This document shows positions 13,440 to 26,139 of a stretch of 64,000 bases of DNA, one piece after another. Both the position numbers and the translations under genes were made by a program. Source of the stretch: Azolla caroliniana. Taxonomy: Eukaryota > Plantae > Polypodiophyta. The number at the start of each line of letters is the position of its first letter. Position 1 is the first letter of the stretch. Location: positions 3,658,001 through 3,722,000 of the forward strand of contig JBHGNT010000007.1 of the NCBI GenBank assembly GCA_043228905.1, read 5' to 3'. The notes under the pieces are model-generated. The model did no database searches. It was not told the origin of the DNA and was given only the letters and a program-made list of their open reading frames with translations.

Positions 13440-14145
13440 AAAAAAGGCAATCTATGACATGGAGTTTCATGGAAACATGGCTCGCTGGATTTGAGTAGGG
13501 GACAAAACTGTAGAAAGTAGCGTTCAGAAGCAAGTATGAAGACAGAACAGAAGGAAGAACACTCAGGTTTAATGGAGAACTTGGGCTTACGCAGTATACG
13601 TGGGAGAGACAGAGAGAGTGTGAGAGAGAAAACACAAGAACTATATTTTTACGAAAAACTCGATTCACTACTCTATACATATGTGTGTTCCATGAACACT
13701 TTTATACAAGTTCTAGAAGGATTGACAGAAGCACTGACAGTACTTCAATGGTCATTAAGAGCTCCTACACTAACTCCCAAATATATTCCTCACAGAATAT
13801 CTTTCCTAACGACCTCCCGATTTACGCACTCGGCCTAACCGATCGGTCCCAACCGATCTAGTCCTCGGCTTCTTCAGCTGATCCGGCCGATGTTGAGCTT
13901 GTCTCTCAACAAAAACCACAAAGGAATTCTTTCGATCCCAGGGACTGAGGCACTCTGGAATAGTGATGCGCAGCCTCAACCGAGAGGATGATGAAGAAAT
14001 GAGGAATATCATCACAACCTACTATAAGAGACTACTTACTGAAGATAATATGGTCATAGGGGAAGACACAAGAGAAGTTATTATCCTCCAAAGCATCCCC
14101 CAGAAAGTCATGGCGGAAATGAATACATGGCTCATGCGTCCCCTA
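13440..14145 (+). pseudogene. LINE ORF2 fragment (endonuclease-RT linker) split by a solo LTR
   Basis: Removing the solo LTR restores W..GDKTTKEFF, resembling the GD(K/R)NTKYF motif. It is followed by IITTYYKRLL...IPQKV...NTWLMRP, typical of the L1-type pre-RT region. Confidence 0.65.
13509..13911 (-). mobile_element. Copia-type solo LTR (403 bp)
   Basis: TG...CA ends and TSD AAAAC (13504-13508 / 13912-13916). Terminus shared with the LTR ending at 2605. Confidence 0.88.
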
Positions 14146-14925
14146 TCACGACCTCGACTATCCGGTTTGTCAACTTAGCCAATTCATGCAAAAACTTAGG
14201 AATATTCATATGGATTATGCTAAGAGAGTACTCAGTTACATTAGTGGGACGATGGATTACGACATCCTATATAAGTCGGAAATGGTCGTTCATTTCGAAG
14301 GGTACACAGATGCAAACTGGGACGGTTACAAGGACGACAGATGATCAACTTCGGTATTTTTCTTCTCCCTCAATAGCGGAGCTATCTCCTAGAGCCGAAA
14401 TGAACCAAGCAGTTGCATTGTCGAGCACAGAAGCCGAATATAGGGGCATGACCGTTTGGCTTAAGAGAATATTGAAGGATCTGGGCATACCCATCAAGGA
14501 CAACATGAGCAATATTCATCTGGCTCAGAACCTAGTGTTCCATGTGCGCACAAAGCATATGAAGTGCACTATCACTTCATCCGAGAGTGCATTCAGGCTG
14601 GAGATGTCGACCTGTAGCACATCAAAACGAACCTTCAGGTAGCCAACATCTTCACAAAATCCTTAGGAGTCGACCAACTCAGGCAATTCATATCAGACCT
14701 TGGCCTAACGATAGCCACATTGTCGAGCTTGAGGTGGAGTACAACACAACTGACGAGTACATAGTAGTAGCTGAATAGCAGTTGACTAGTCAATCAAAGT
14801 TGACCAAAGGAGTAGTCGAAGTGGTAGCTCAATTGACCAAGGGGAGTCGAAGCATGAAGCCAAACTTAGCAATCAAAGGAGCAGATGAACAAATAGGCTA
14901 GTCGAACAAGGGGCATGAAGTAGTT
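14146..14925 (+). mobile_element. Old Copia A0: RT/RNase H remnant and 3' region, left of the A2 insertion
   Basis: AVALSSTEAEYRG and FHVRTKHM motifs with frameshifts. Its 3' region (tagtcgaa/tagtcaaa-rich) resumes at 55095. Confidence 0.75.
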
Positions 14926-15384
14926 TGTAAAGAATCGATGGTGATTCTTGTGTAGCGGAAGAGATGTGTGTTATGTGTATGTGTGAGAGGAATTAAAGGA
15001 GAGATGAGAGAACACAAGATAGATAGAAAAAGGAATACTCAAGAAGAAGGTGTATATTTCACAAGTAGAATAAGAATTACAAAATATAGAATAATAAGGA
15101 GTCACAACCGACTTAATATGAAGTATGATGAGGGTGCTTTATATAGAGTCACCCTCTCTCTTCATTAACTTACAACAACCACTCTCTCTCTTGGGGAATG
15201 TGAAAACTCATAGTCATGGGGAATATGTAACTCATTAGTTATGTGTCATAGAATATGATTCTATGACACAGTTTAATGTGTAGAGAGTGCTATGACTCTT
15301 GACCTTTGAGTGCACATAGATTCTCAAAGCTGTGTTCACACGTTGTACTATGTTGAGCTTGATTCTCAACACGCCCCCTCAAGC

Positions 15385-17178
15385 TCAACTCAGGTTGGTT
15401 CCTTTCGATTGATGTCCGCTTCGGTTGGTATCCTGTTCGGACGATCTTCGGTGTCCGCTTCGGCTCGTACCCGGTTCGGACGATCTTCGGTGTCCGCTTC
15501 GGCTCGTACCCGGTTCGGACGGTATCCAGTTCTCGCTTGTACTCCCCCTCAAGGTTGGCAAGTCAGGTATCGTCAATCCGAGGTCTGACATGAATTGCCG
15601 AAGCTTGTCGGCTCCTAGGGCTTTGGTGAAAATGTTGGTTGTCTGAAGATTCGTAGTGACATGTTGAAGGTCGACATCACCAGCCTGAAAGCACTCTCGA
15701 ATGAAGTGATAGTGCACTTCGATATGCTTCGTGCGTGCGTGGAACACCGGGTTCCGAGCCAGATAAATATTGCTCATGTTGTCGCGGTAAATGGGAGTCA
15801 GATCCTTGATAGGGATGCCCAAATCCTTCAAAATCCTCTTGAGCCATACGGCTTCACATGCAGATACGACTGCACCCCTATATTCGGCCTCCGTATTTGA
15901 AAGTGCGACAGTAGGCTTACTCCAAGATATTGCTCCGCTACCGAGCGAGAAGACAAATCCAGAGGTCGATCATCAATCAGCTTTGTAGCCAACCCAACCC
16001 GCGTGTGTGTACCCTTTGAGTCATATTGGTGGGGCCGATGCGTAGAGAACGTCATAATCCATTGTGCCGCTCACATATCGTAATACTCACTTAACACAAT
16101 CGAACTGGATATCTCGCGGAGTTTGCATGAATTGGCTAAGTTGTCCGACTGGATAGCTAAGGTTGGGTCGAGTGATCGTGAGATAGATGAGGCTCCCGAT
16201 CAATTGATGATATTGGGCTGGCTCGCACTCGTTTGTGCCGGAGTCAGCATCTAGTTTGAGGTTTCGATCAAGAGGCGTAGCGACTGATTTGCACTCAATC
16301 ATCCGGAACTTGTATAACAAGTTGAGGATGTAGTGCCGTTAAGAGATCAAAATGCCGGTCGGAATCCGAATTACTTCGATGCCAAGGAAGTAATGGAGCT
16401 CGTTCATGCCCGTCATCTTGAATTTGCCGGAGAGGAGGGACTTGACCTTGTTGATGTTGACTAGACTTTCACCTCCAATGACCAGATCATCCATGTATAG
16501 GATGATGACAATTAGGCTTCTAGAGTCGTGTCGTACATAGAGGGAGTTGTAGGATTTCGACATTCGAAAGCCGATTTGATGAAGATATTGCATAATCTTC
16601 GAATGCCAAGCACGCGGTGCTTGGTTGAGGCCATAGAGTGGCTTCTTGAGTCGGCACACGGCTTTCGGATCAGTACCCAATTCGAAGCCGGGTGGTTGTA
16701 CCATGTACACCTCCTCTTCTAATTCCCCTTGAAGAAAGGCGTTCTTGACGTCCATTTGGTGGAGGTGCCACCCTTTTGCCGCTACAAGTGCGATCACGGT
16801 CCGCACCGTCGTCATCTTTGCCGGTCTCTTCATAGTCGATTCCATGTGTTTGTGCGTATCTTTTCGCTACGAGTCAAGCTTTGTAATGGTTTACGGAGCC
16901 TCCGGCATTATACTTCACCTTGTAGATCCATTTGAAACCAATTGCCTTCTTGTGCGGTGAGTGGGGAACGAGATCCCATGTCTCGTTTTTGGAGAGTGCT
17001 TGCATCTCCTCATTCATCACTTCAACCCATCTGGGGTCCGTCGCGGCTTCGGAAAACGTTTCCAGCTCCCGTACTCTTGCTACCTTCATCATAAAAGTGT
17101 AATGGTGCGCCATATAATCGTTGTAGCCGAATCGACTTATGGGGTTCTTTTCACGGGTGGATCGGCAGAGCTTCTCGT
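15385..17178 (-). pseudogene. pol: A2 RT and RNase H
   Basis: HQMDVKNAFLQG, LYGLNQAPRAW, LYMDDL and FHARTKHIEVHYHFIRE motifs. Frameshifted. Confidence 0.93.
15396..15521 (-). repeat. 39-bp tandem repeats between two PPT-like motifs of A2
   Basis: gttcggacgatcttcggtgtccgcttcggctcgtacccg starts at 15435 and 15474, with a diverged partial unit to the left. Confidence 0.85.
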
Positions 17179-17806
17179 TGTCGTGAAGATTTTCGGCAAT
17201 AGTGTGAAAATCCCATAAAACGTACGAAATCGAGTATGAATCATGTAATACAATAATTGTGAAGATAACATTTTTAATATCTAAGTACAAAATGATGGAG
17301 GTTTCGAATGCACTTTATTACACGAGAAATAGACAACTAAATGTCAAGATATGAGGGTATAAAGTTTGTGAAAAGAAAAGAGAAAATTGTGAGATATCCC
17401 ACATAGGCACGACAAATACGGCTCTCATCATATATAATGTGGAGCAAAAGATATTTTCTTTGTGTCTATGTGTGGAGCATAGAGAGTTCGAAGTAACTTG
17501 AACTTAGAGTGGAGGTGGCTAGCTACTCGAAAAGGGTTTTGGCCAACCAAAACCGGAACCGGCGATGGAGCCGGTGATCCGACGGCATCCGACCGCAATC
17601 CGGCGGCGCCATGCGGCATGCGGCGTCGGATACCGGTGCCGCCGTCGGATGCCGTCGCCGGATGCCGACGACGGCATCCGGCGAACCGGCGACTAGATAA
17701 AATAAATATATATACATATTTACATATACAAGGAGGGAGAGTATGGATTCGAACCTTGCACCTCCAAGTTAGGAGTCAAATTGCTTACCATGGGTTACAT
17801 ATACAA

Positions 17807-17874
17807 GGAGGGAGAGTATGGATTCGAACCTTGCACCTCCAAGTTAGGAGTCAAATTGCTTACCATTAAGCCAT
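17807..17874 (-). other. tRNA-like Pol III A/B-box cassette in B 5' LTR, partly duplicated at 17720-17791
   Basis: Minus strand reads TGGCTTAATGG...GACTCCTAA...GGTTCGAATCC, with box starts 43 nt apart. A second copy is at 24582-24649. Confidence 0.75.
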
Positions 17875-18341
17875 GGTATTTAGTTGAAATTATATTTCTA
17901 TCATTGTACTTTTACATGTAAATTTTCATACATGAGAGCTAAAATGAGTGACATGGTTAGCATGCACCACATGTAATACTTAAGCGCCAAATGGCAAACA
18001 TGCAATTTATGCATGTCTTGTACCCTCACATGCATCATATGCATGAGAGCATCTATAAAAGAGGGAAGGGGGAGGAGAAAAAGGACGGTTTTTTGTATGA
18101 AAATTAAGAGGAAGAAATTCGTTATCAAATCAATCGTGTAATCTCAACTTCTCTCTTTCCCAATCTATCTTAAGTACTTTCTCGCCAAAGCTTGTATCGA
18201 CTCTAAATCCTTCTGGTCCAGAACCCCGGCGGTTCCGCCTCACGATCCGCGCGTAGTGACGGATCTTCACGACATAATTAAGTGGTGAACCTGACGTGAA
18301 AGAGGCGGTAGGAAGGATCAAGTCGAGATTAATACTTGGAG

Positions 18342-20519
18342 ATGGCGTCCTCAAGCAACCAAGCAGGAGAGCTCGAAAGGATGATGCTAATCGTCGAGCA
18401 AATGATGAGATCTCGGGACAACGACGCGAGCGTGGAGAAGGCTGTCAATCGTGTCGTAGAGCTCGAGGGCCAATTCGATGGAAGGAACGTTACGAAGTTC
18501 CTTGATGCATATAAGAGGGAGATGAATCAAAGGGACGTGTCCGAGGCACGTCAAATCGCAAGCTTCAAGAGAGTTGTCGCCAACAACATCCAAAGACGCG
18601 TCATCGAGCTTCAAGAAGGAAAGACAACATGGTCCGAGTTCGAGAAAACGATACTAGCGGAGTTCGTGACTGAAGACTCAACGAGGATGACTCGACATGC
18701 CCTGATGAAGTGGATAGAGAAGAAGAATAAGAAGATGAGCGTCTCGAGGGTGTACGACGAATTCGACCAGATGTTTAGTCGTCTCCCCAATACGGACCAA
18801 GTATTGCTTGAAGAGGACAAGACTTTGTACTTCTTGAAGGCCGTGGACATAAAGGATAGACGGGAGTTGGGGACTCTTCTCGAAGATGATACCCAAGCAA
18901 ATGGGCTCGTAGCGGACTGGATCGCGGTGAAGCGGGCATGCAATAGGCTCGACAAGCGTCGCCAATGGGTTGATGACACCGACATGACGGGACCGACTAC
19001 CACAGAGAAAGCAAGACCGCCGAAAGTAGCTGAGCCGCTGAGACAAAGTAACGTGGAAGAAAAGAAGATTGATGACGACATCATCGAAGAGCTAGCGAAG
19101 AAGTTCGAGAAGGTCACGCTAGCTAACATGAATCATCGGGGCCCTAAAGGAAAAGAACCCTTTAGATGCGTGTGGTGCGATAGCATGGACCACATGAGAA
19201 GGGATTGTGCGAGCCTTCGAGAGGCGATTCGACAAAATATCGTATACATAGAGGACAACATGATCTGCTCAAGCGAGACTAGAAGACCCCTATGGGTGAA
19301 TTTCGGAAGAGGAGGAATGAAGAAATCTATGGTGGATGCGATGCACTATGCTGCGTCGGCCGGAATAAGAGTCGGGAAAGACAAGACTGAAGCTGCTAGA
19401 GCGGGAGCAAAGTTTTGGACTTCCGTTCTCGAATATGAGAAGAAGGGAAAAGTCACATCGAACGAGGTAGAGCTTGCAGACTAAAACGTGCAAAGCATAA
19501 CCGGGTGGTCGGATCCGGTGGACGACAACACCATACTCGTAGAGGTGATGTGCGACAACCACGAGGTGTTCGTCGAAGAAAAGAGAAAGAGAATAGAAGA
19601 GCAAGGGCCATCAAAAAGACATGAAACAAGGAACGCGAAAAAGAAGGACGATGCAGAGACGAGTCGACCTTTACAAACGGAGGAACGAGAATCAAGCCGA
19701 AAAGGGGAGCCGAGCATACGAGTTGAAGAAACGGTTCGGCCCGTGAAGGTTGGTGTCGAAGACCCCGCTCGGAGGACAAGGACCATACCTATCTATAAGC
19801 TAAGGTCGGACATAGAGCAGACAACGGACCTAAAGAAGATTCTCGAAGAATGAGTTCTTGATAGCCACGTAACTTTGTCCTTGAGGGAATTGCTTGGCAT
19901 TACGAAGAAGGAGTTCCATGACACGATCGTGGACCTTGTAAAGAGAAAGAGACAACAATCGGACGAGGAAGAAGAGAAGCCGCAGAAAGCAAAAACGAAT
20001 GCCATAACGATGGCAAGAGACGAAATCGATGAAGATATGGTGGACAACCACTACACTCGACCTCATTGGGCACGAGCGACAACGGAGACGCCGGTGAAGA
20101 TCGGGGAGAAGAAAGAGACCGTGGTAGCCTTGATCGACCACGGCTCGGAGATCAACCTCATGTCAACCGACTTCTACAAAAAGGGAAGATGGCCAATCAA
20201 TACAAACCACGGATGGAAGATTCGCGCGGCAACAAAGTCTACGGAGGACTTGTACGGAGCTTGTCCCAATGTCAAAGTCACGATCGGGGATGTGGAGATG
20301 GATCAACACTTCTTCGTACAAGAATCGGCGTCGCATCCTGTCATCCTAGGGCAACCTTATATCACATCATCTCGGATGGAGACCAAAGTGTTCGATAATG
20401 GAGCAGCCTTCGCACGAATAAAGAGTCTTGACAACCCAAGATCGGTCCAATTCCTAACAGTGCGAGCCAATCATGAAAGGAATCGAGATAGTCTCGGAGG
20501 CGAATCCTCAGATTTTTAG
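18342..20519 (+). pseudogene. gag: B gag-protease ORF1, two in-frame stops
   Basis: CVWCDSMDHMRRDC knuckle and ALIDHGSEIN protease. ORF pieces 18336-19484, 19488-19853 and 19875-20519 share one frame. Confidence 0.9.
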
Positions 20520-23500
20520 AGCGGACTATTGAAGCATGGGGCACAAATAGTCCGAGCAATCACAAGACCCCACAAGAAAGAAGAGTGCGTGGATTGCAAG
20601 GAGAAGCAACATGTGTCACACCTAGTGGCGCATGTAAACTGGTATTACCCGACAAGAAGCACAAGCGCCGGATACAAGAATTCAAGAAGATGCTGAAAGA
20701 AGAGAATATAATAGAAGAAGGGGAGTTCGTGACTCATATTATGGAAGAAGCCTCATTTAACGACACCATCGGCGAAATCGAGGATGTCGTGGACTTGAGC
20801 TATCTTCACAACCAATGCGTGATTTCGGTTAACTCCGTCAACATGTACGCTATCATCGATGAATACCGTCGTGGCATCTCGATGAAGGAAGCTGACATCA
20901 ACACGAAATATAAAATGGTGGATAAGAAGATCAAGCCAGTTGCGGTTCCGCTACCGGAAGATAGCTGACAAAAGATGAAGGAAGTCGCTAACGATCCACG
21001 CTTAAGAGATCCGAAGAAGATAGGTCATGTCTTCACCAAAGGGACGAAGGGGAAGCTACGAGTTGGAAAGGAGGATTTCCTTCTCCCTGAAGAGGAGCGA
21101 ATATTTCGCGATATGCTTGAGAGACAATGGGAAGGCTTTCGCATTCTTCCCACGAGAAATCGGATGCGCCGACCCAAAGGTTATAGAGCCGATGGTGATC
21201 TTCACGGTGCCTCATGTGCCTTGGAATTTGAAACCGATACCGGTTCCGAGAGCACACCTTCCGAAGCTGATCGAGCTCTTAAAGGAGAAGGTGAGTATGG
21301 GAATTCTAGAACCGTCGAATGCTCCTTACTCCAATAGGTGGTTCACGGTGCCGAAGAAGAATGGATCATTGTGATTCATCCAAGATCTTCAACCCGTCAA
21401 CAAGGTGACAATTCGAAATGCCGGAATCGGTCCGAGCGTGGACGAATTTGCCGAAGCGTTTGCGGCCCGGTCCATCTACTCCATTGGCGATCTCTACTCT
21501 GGATATGACCAATTCCAATTGGCGATCGACAGTCGGGACATTACAACCATGAGGACTCCGATCGGGCTTGTGCGGATGTGTACCTTACCCCAAGGCGCAA
21601 CGAACTCGGTGGCTCATATGGTGAATGCCATGAATAAAGTCTTGAAGGATTGCATTCCGGACATCACGATGCCATTCTTGGATGATATTCCGATAAAAGG
21701 ATGTTCGGATGAGGAGAAAGATGAATCGAAAGATAAGGAAGGTTGTAGAAAGTTCGTTGCAGATCATATGAAAGATTGCGAGAAGGTGCTTCAAAGGCTC
21801 GAAGATGCGAATTTGACATTTTCGGGAGAAAAATCCGCATTCGGGCAAGCGGAGATCTTGGTGGTAGGTCACTTGTGTGGAGCATACGGCCGGAAGCCCT
21901 CGCCATCCAAAGTGAACGCAATCCAAGACATGAAAGAAGAATGCGAAAACCAAACGGAGATTCGAAGGTTCCTTGGAGCGTGCACATTTTATCATATATG
22001 GATTCCTCACTACGCTCATGTCGCCGAACCGTTATATGGACTACTAAAGAAAAGAATAAAGTTCGAATGGCGAGACGAGCACACAGAGGCGATGCGAAGA
22101 TTAAAGAAACTGCTTCTTGAAGCTCCGGCACTAAGGAAGCCCGACTATGCCGAAGGGAAACCAATTTACGTGACCGTAGATACGAGCCCAACCGGAATCG
22201 GGTGGGTCATCAATCAAGAAGGTGAAGATAATGCGCGATATGCCGTCCGGTTCAGAGCAAAGGTTCTCAGCGAACGGCAACAAAGATATGCCCAAGTCAA
22301 GCGGGAACTTTGGGGTATTGTGTCGGCAGTGAAGACGGACAAAGATTACCTGATCGGGTCAGAAGTGATAATAGAGACAGATTGTCTCCCAATTCTCGGA
22401 ATGGTCTCGGGATGTGCGACCCCAGATCTTGCTATGCTAAGGTGCATCGCCTACATTAAGTCTTTAAACCCAGAGATCCGTCACATCGCCGGGAAGAAGA
22501 ACGCCATGGCTGACATGCTGTCGAGGGGAAGATTTTCAAATGGAAGTAACATGGTTTCGGAAGATGAAGATGTCGCCCTCAACTTCTTCAAGATGGCTCG
22601 ATTGTCGGCGGAAGACCAGGACACGCAAACCCTCCACGCCTTCAACGAGAACGAGTACGAAGGAGAATGGTTACTCATCGGTAGATTCCTAAGAACATTG
22701 ACGACAGATGCTTCGTTAACAAAGGAGGAGGCCCTACGAATCCGAAAGAAAGCTTACCGATACTTCTTGAAGGGAGGATTCCTTTGGCGACATCCAAAAA
22801 GAAGGACATGAATACCACGTCGAGTGGTGGTAAAGAAAGAAGAACAAGAGATGCTGATGACCGAATTCCACGAGAGTGCTTGGGCAGGTCATAGAGGAAC
22901 ATGGGCGACGTTCGAAAAGTTGAAGGAGAAGTACTGGTGGGCAAGCATGTACAAAGATGTACTCCATTTCGTGTCCACATGCGAAACTTGCCAAGTATAT
23001 TCAAATATACGTCATCGTGATGAGTCAAAGCCGACATACCGACTCACCATACACTTCAAATGGATGGTGGATCTGGTCTCGATGCCAATGGGAGTGGGAC
23101 AAATGAAGTACTTAGCGCTCGCAAGGGAAGACTTGACAAATCAAGTGGAAGGACGAGCCTTGACAAATAAGACGACTTCAGCCGTTTGTAAATTTTTACT
23201 TGAAGATGTTGTTTGCCGATATGGATGTGTAGGGAAGATAGTGGCCGACTGAGGGGAGTTGGACGCGCACGAAGCGACGGAGCTCTTCGAAAGACTAGGT
23301 GTGAAGCTCTCCCTCACGACTGCCTACAATTCGGAAGCAAATGGGAAGATCGAGCGAGGGCATGGACCTATCGTTAAAGCCATCGTACGGGCATGCAACG
23401 GTCGAGTCGGGAATTGGCCACGACTATTACCCTATGCCTTGTGGGCTGATAGAACGACACATAGCTCGGTGACAGGGTATATCCCGACGGAGCTTATGTA

Positions 23501-24005
23501 TGGACAAAAGCCGATTATGCCCATTGAAAGGACGATCGCCTCATGGGTAGCGATACCGTGGGAGAACGAGATGAGCCGAGAAGAGTTATTAGCGGCGCAG
23601 ATAAGTTAACTTGAAAGAAGACCTGAAGATTTAGAAAAAGCACGAAAGATGATGAAGGCAGCCCGAGTAAAGAACAAAGTTCGGTTCGACAACACGCATC
23701 GACTTCGTCCCAAGAAGATTGAAGAAGGGGAGTGGGTTTTGGTTTATGACAGCACCCTTGACAATCAACATAGTACAACAAGGAAGTTCGCAAGAAGATG
23801 GTTCGGGCCGTATGTGGTGACAAGTGCCAACGATAATGCCACATACCATTTTGTGGAACTAGACGGATCAAGGTTGGCCGTACCCATTGCGGGAAAAAGA
23901 GTAAAGCTTTTCAAGAAAAGACAAGACAAGGATCCTGACCTTGATTACCTCGACGATGAACATAATAGGCCGGATGAAAATGAAGACATGGAGGAATCTA
24001 ATTGA
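20510..24005 (+). pseudogene. pol: B pol (RT-RNase H-integrase), disrupted
   Basis: LPQGATNS, PFLDDIPIKG, TVDTSP, HESAWAGHRG, ANGKIERGH and GPY motifs. Contains stops and a frameshift. Confidence 0.93.
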
Positions 24006-26139
24006 TCATCGTAGCCGAAATCTCACTTCTTCTCTTCTTGGCACGTATCGGAGGATGTGCAGTTTGGTGGGGGTGGATGTCGTGAAGATTTTCGGCAATA
24101 GTGTGAAAATCCCATAAAACGTACGAAATCGAGTATGAATCACGTAATACAATAATTGTGAAGATAACATTTTTAATATCTAAGTACAAAATGATGGAGG
24201 TTTCGAATGCACTTTATTACACGAGAAATGGACAACTAAATGTCAAGATATGAGGGTATAAAGTTTGTGAAAAGAAAAGAGAAAATTGTGAGATATCCCA
24301 TATAGGCACGACAAATACGGCTCTCATCATATATAAGGTGGAGCAAAAGATATTTTCTTTATGTCTATGTGTGGAGCATAGAGAGTTCAAGGTAACTTGA
24401 ACTTAGAGTGGAGGTGGCTAGCTACTCGAAAAGGGTTTTGGCCAACCAAAACCGGACCGGCGATGGAGCCGGTGATCCGACGGCATCCGACCGCAATCCG
24501 GCGTCGGCAGCGGCACCGGTATCCGGCGACGGTATCCGGCGAACCGGCGACTAGATAAAATAAATATATATACATATACAAGGAGGGCAAGTATGGATTT
24601 GAACCTTGCACCTCCAAGTTAGGAGTCAAATGGCTTACCATTAAGCCATGGTATTTAGTTGAAATTATATTTCTATCATTGTACTTTTATATGTAAATTC
24701 TCATACATGAGAGTTAAAATGAGTGACATGGTTAGCATGCACCACATGTAATACTTAAGCGCCAAATGGCAAACATGCAATTTATGCATGTCTTGTACCC
24801 TCACATGCATCATATGCATGAGAGCATCTATAAAAGAGGGAAGGGGGAGGAGAAAAAGGACGGTTTTTTGTATGAAAATTAAGAGGAAGAAATTCGTTAT
24901 CAAATCAATCGTGTAATCTCAACTTCTCTCTTTCCCAATCTATCTTAAGTACTTTCTCGCCAAAGCTTGTATCGACTCTAAATCCTTCTGGTCCAGAACC
25001 CCGGCGGTTCCGCCTCACGATCCGCGCGTAGTGACAGATCTTCACGACATCGTTTGCGGATTCTAAGGCTTTCTTCATTCCATTTGTCGAGATGTCCAGG
25101 CATTCGAAGTCACTATCAAGGGAGTGAGTCAATTCGATGCCGTCAACATGATTGTCTTCATACTTCGGCATTTTGGCCTTCCCTTTGTCTAGCTTCAGAC
25201 TTGGTCGAGATATGCTTTGATCACTCGGAGGCTCTTGTGGTCCGCTCAATCGGGTCGTGATCGGACTTTCTTTGAACATGCGCGTAAGGCGATCTTGATC
25301 CTCTATGTCTTGTTCGATGGATTCCGGGTCAAGCGGTGTCGTGCCTTTCGGCTCCAGATCGTTACGTGAGTCGGGTGGGAACCGCCGAGGTTTTTGACTA
25401 GGAGGAAGAGGAATACAAATTAAGGCTAGTTATGAATAGTGGAAAGAGAAGTAAGATAACAATCTCGTGAATCCCACGAGTTTAGCGTATTTAAAACAAT
25501 ATTTAGATTATAAGAGTAATTTTGATGGCAAAATTCGTGAATCCCACGAATATATTAGATTGATCAATCCTTGTATATTAATCAACAACCTTATACATAT
25601 TTCTCTCCTCCTTATATAAAGATGGAAGAGGCTAAGCATGGCTTCATGCTTTTTCACCTAAAGTGTCCATGCACACTAAATGTGCATGTGATGCTTTGTC
25701 ATTTCCTAAATATAGGGCTCATGCACGCTAGATGTGCATGAGTCACTTTTAATGTCACGTATAAATAAAATATTCATACTCTAAAGAACACATGATTTTT
25801 ACCTTTTAATAAAGGTATGTGTAAATAAAGGTCTTATACATATTAAATCTATATGTATAACACTAAAGATAAGTTATTACAATGGTAAAGTTGGGGTTTA
25901 TCTATGTGGAGGTGCAGGGTTTGAATCTTGCCCTATGCATGTGATAAATTCTTTTGATATATTATTTATTTATTTATATGTATCTAAAATCGGATATATT
26001 ATTTTATGGTTTTCACGTAATGTGCGGAATACACTACGACACTCGCTCCCTCGGAACCCGCACACCCTCCGGTATGTGCCGAAGTTCTCGATTCCTTATA
26101 TCCGTCTTCACCCAAAGCTTCCTCCGATTCTCCCCTTAT

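Larger units (their letters stand above)
17179..25049 (+). mobile_element. Gypsy B (tRNA-Trp-primed, non-chromoviral), full length and defective
   Basis: LTRs 17179-18274 and 24078-25049 with a 12-bp terminal inverted repeat TGTCGTGAAGAT/ATCTTCACGACA. 4-bp TSD TCGT. PBS tggtgaacctgacgtgaa 18283-18300, PPT 24066-24077. Confidence 0.96.

Noticed and set aside
17807-17874. Functional tRNA-Arg gene
   Set aside because: Acceptor and anticodon stems do not pair properly, so it is kept only as a tRNA-derived cassette.
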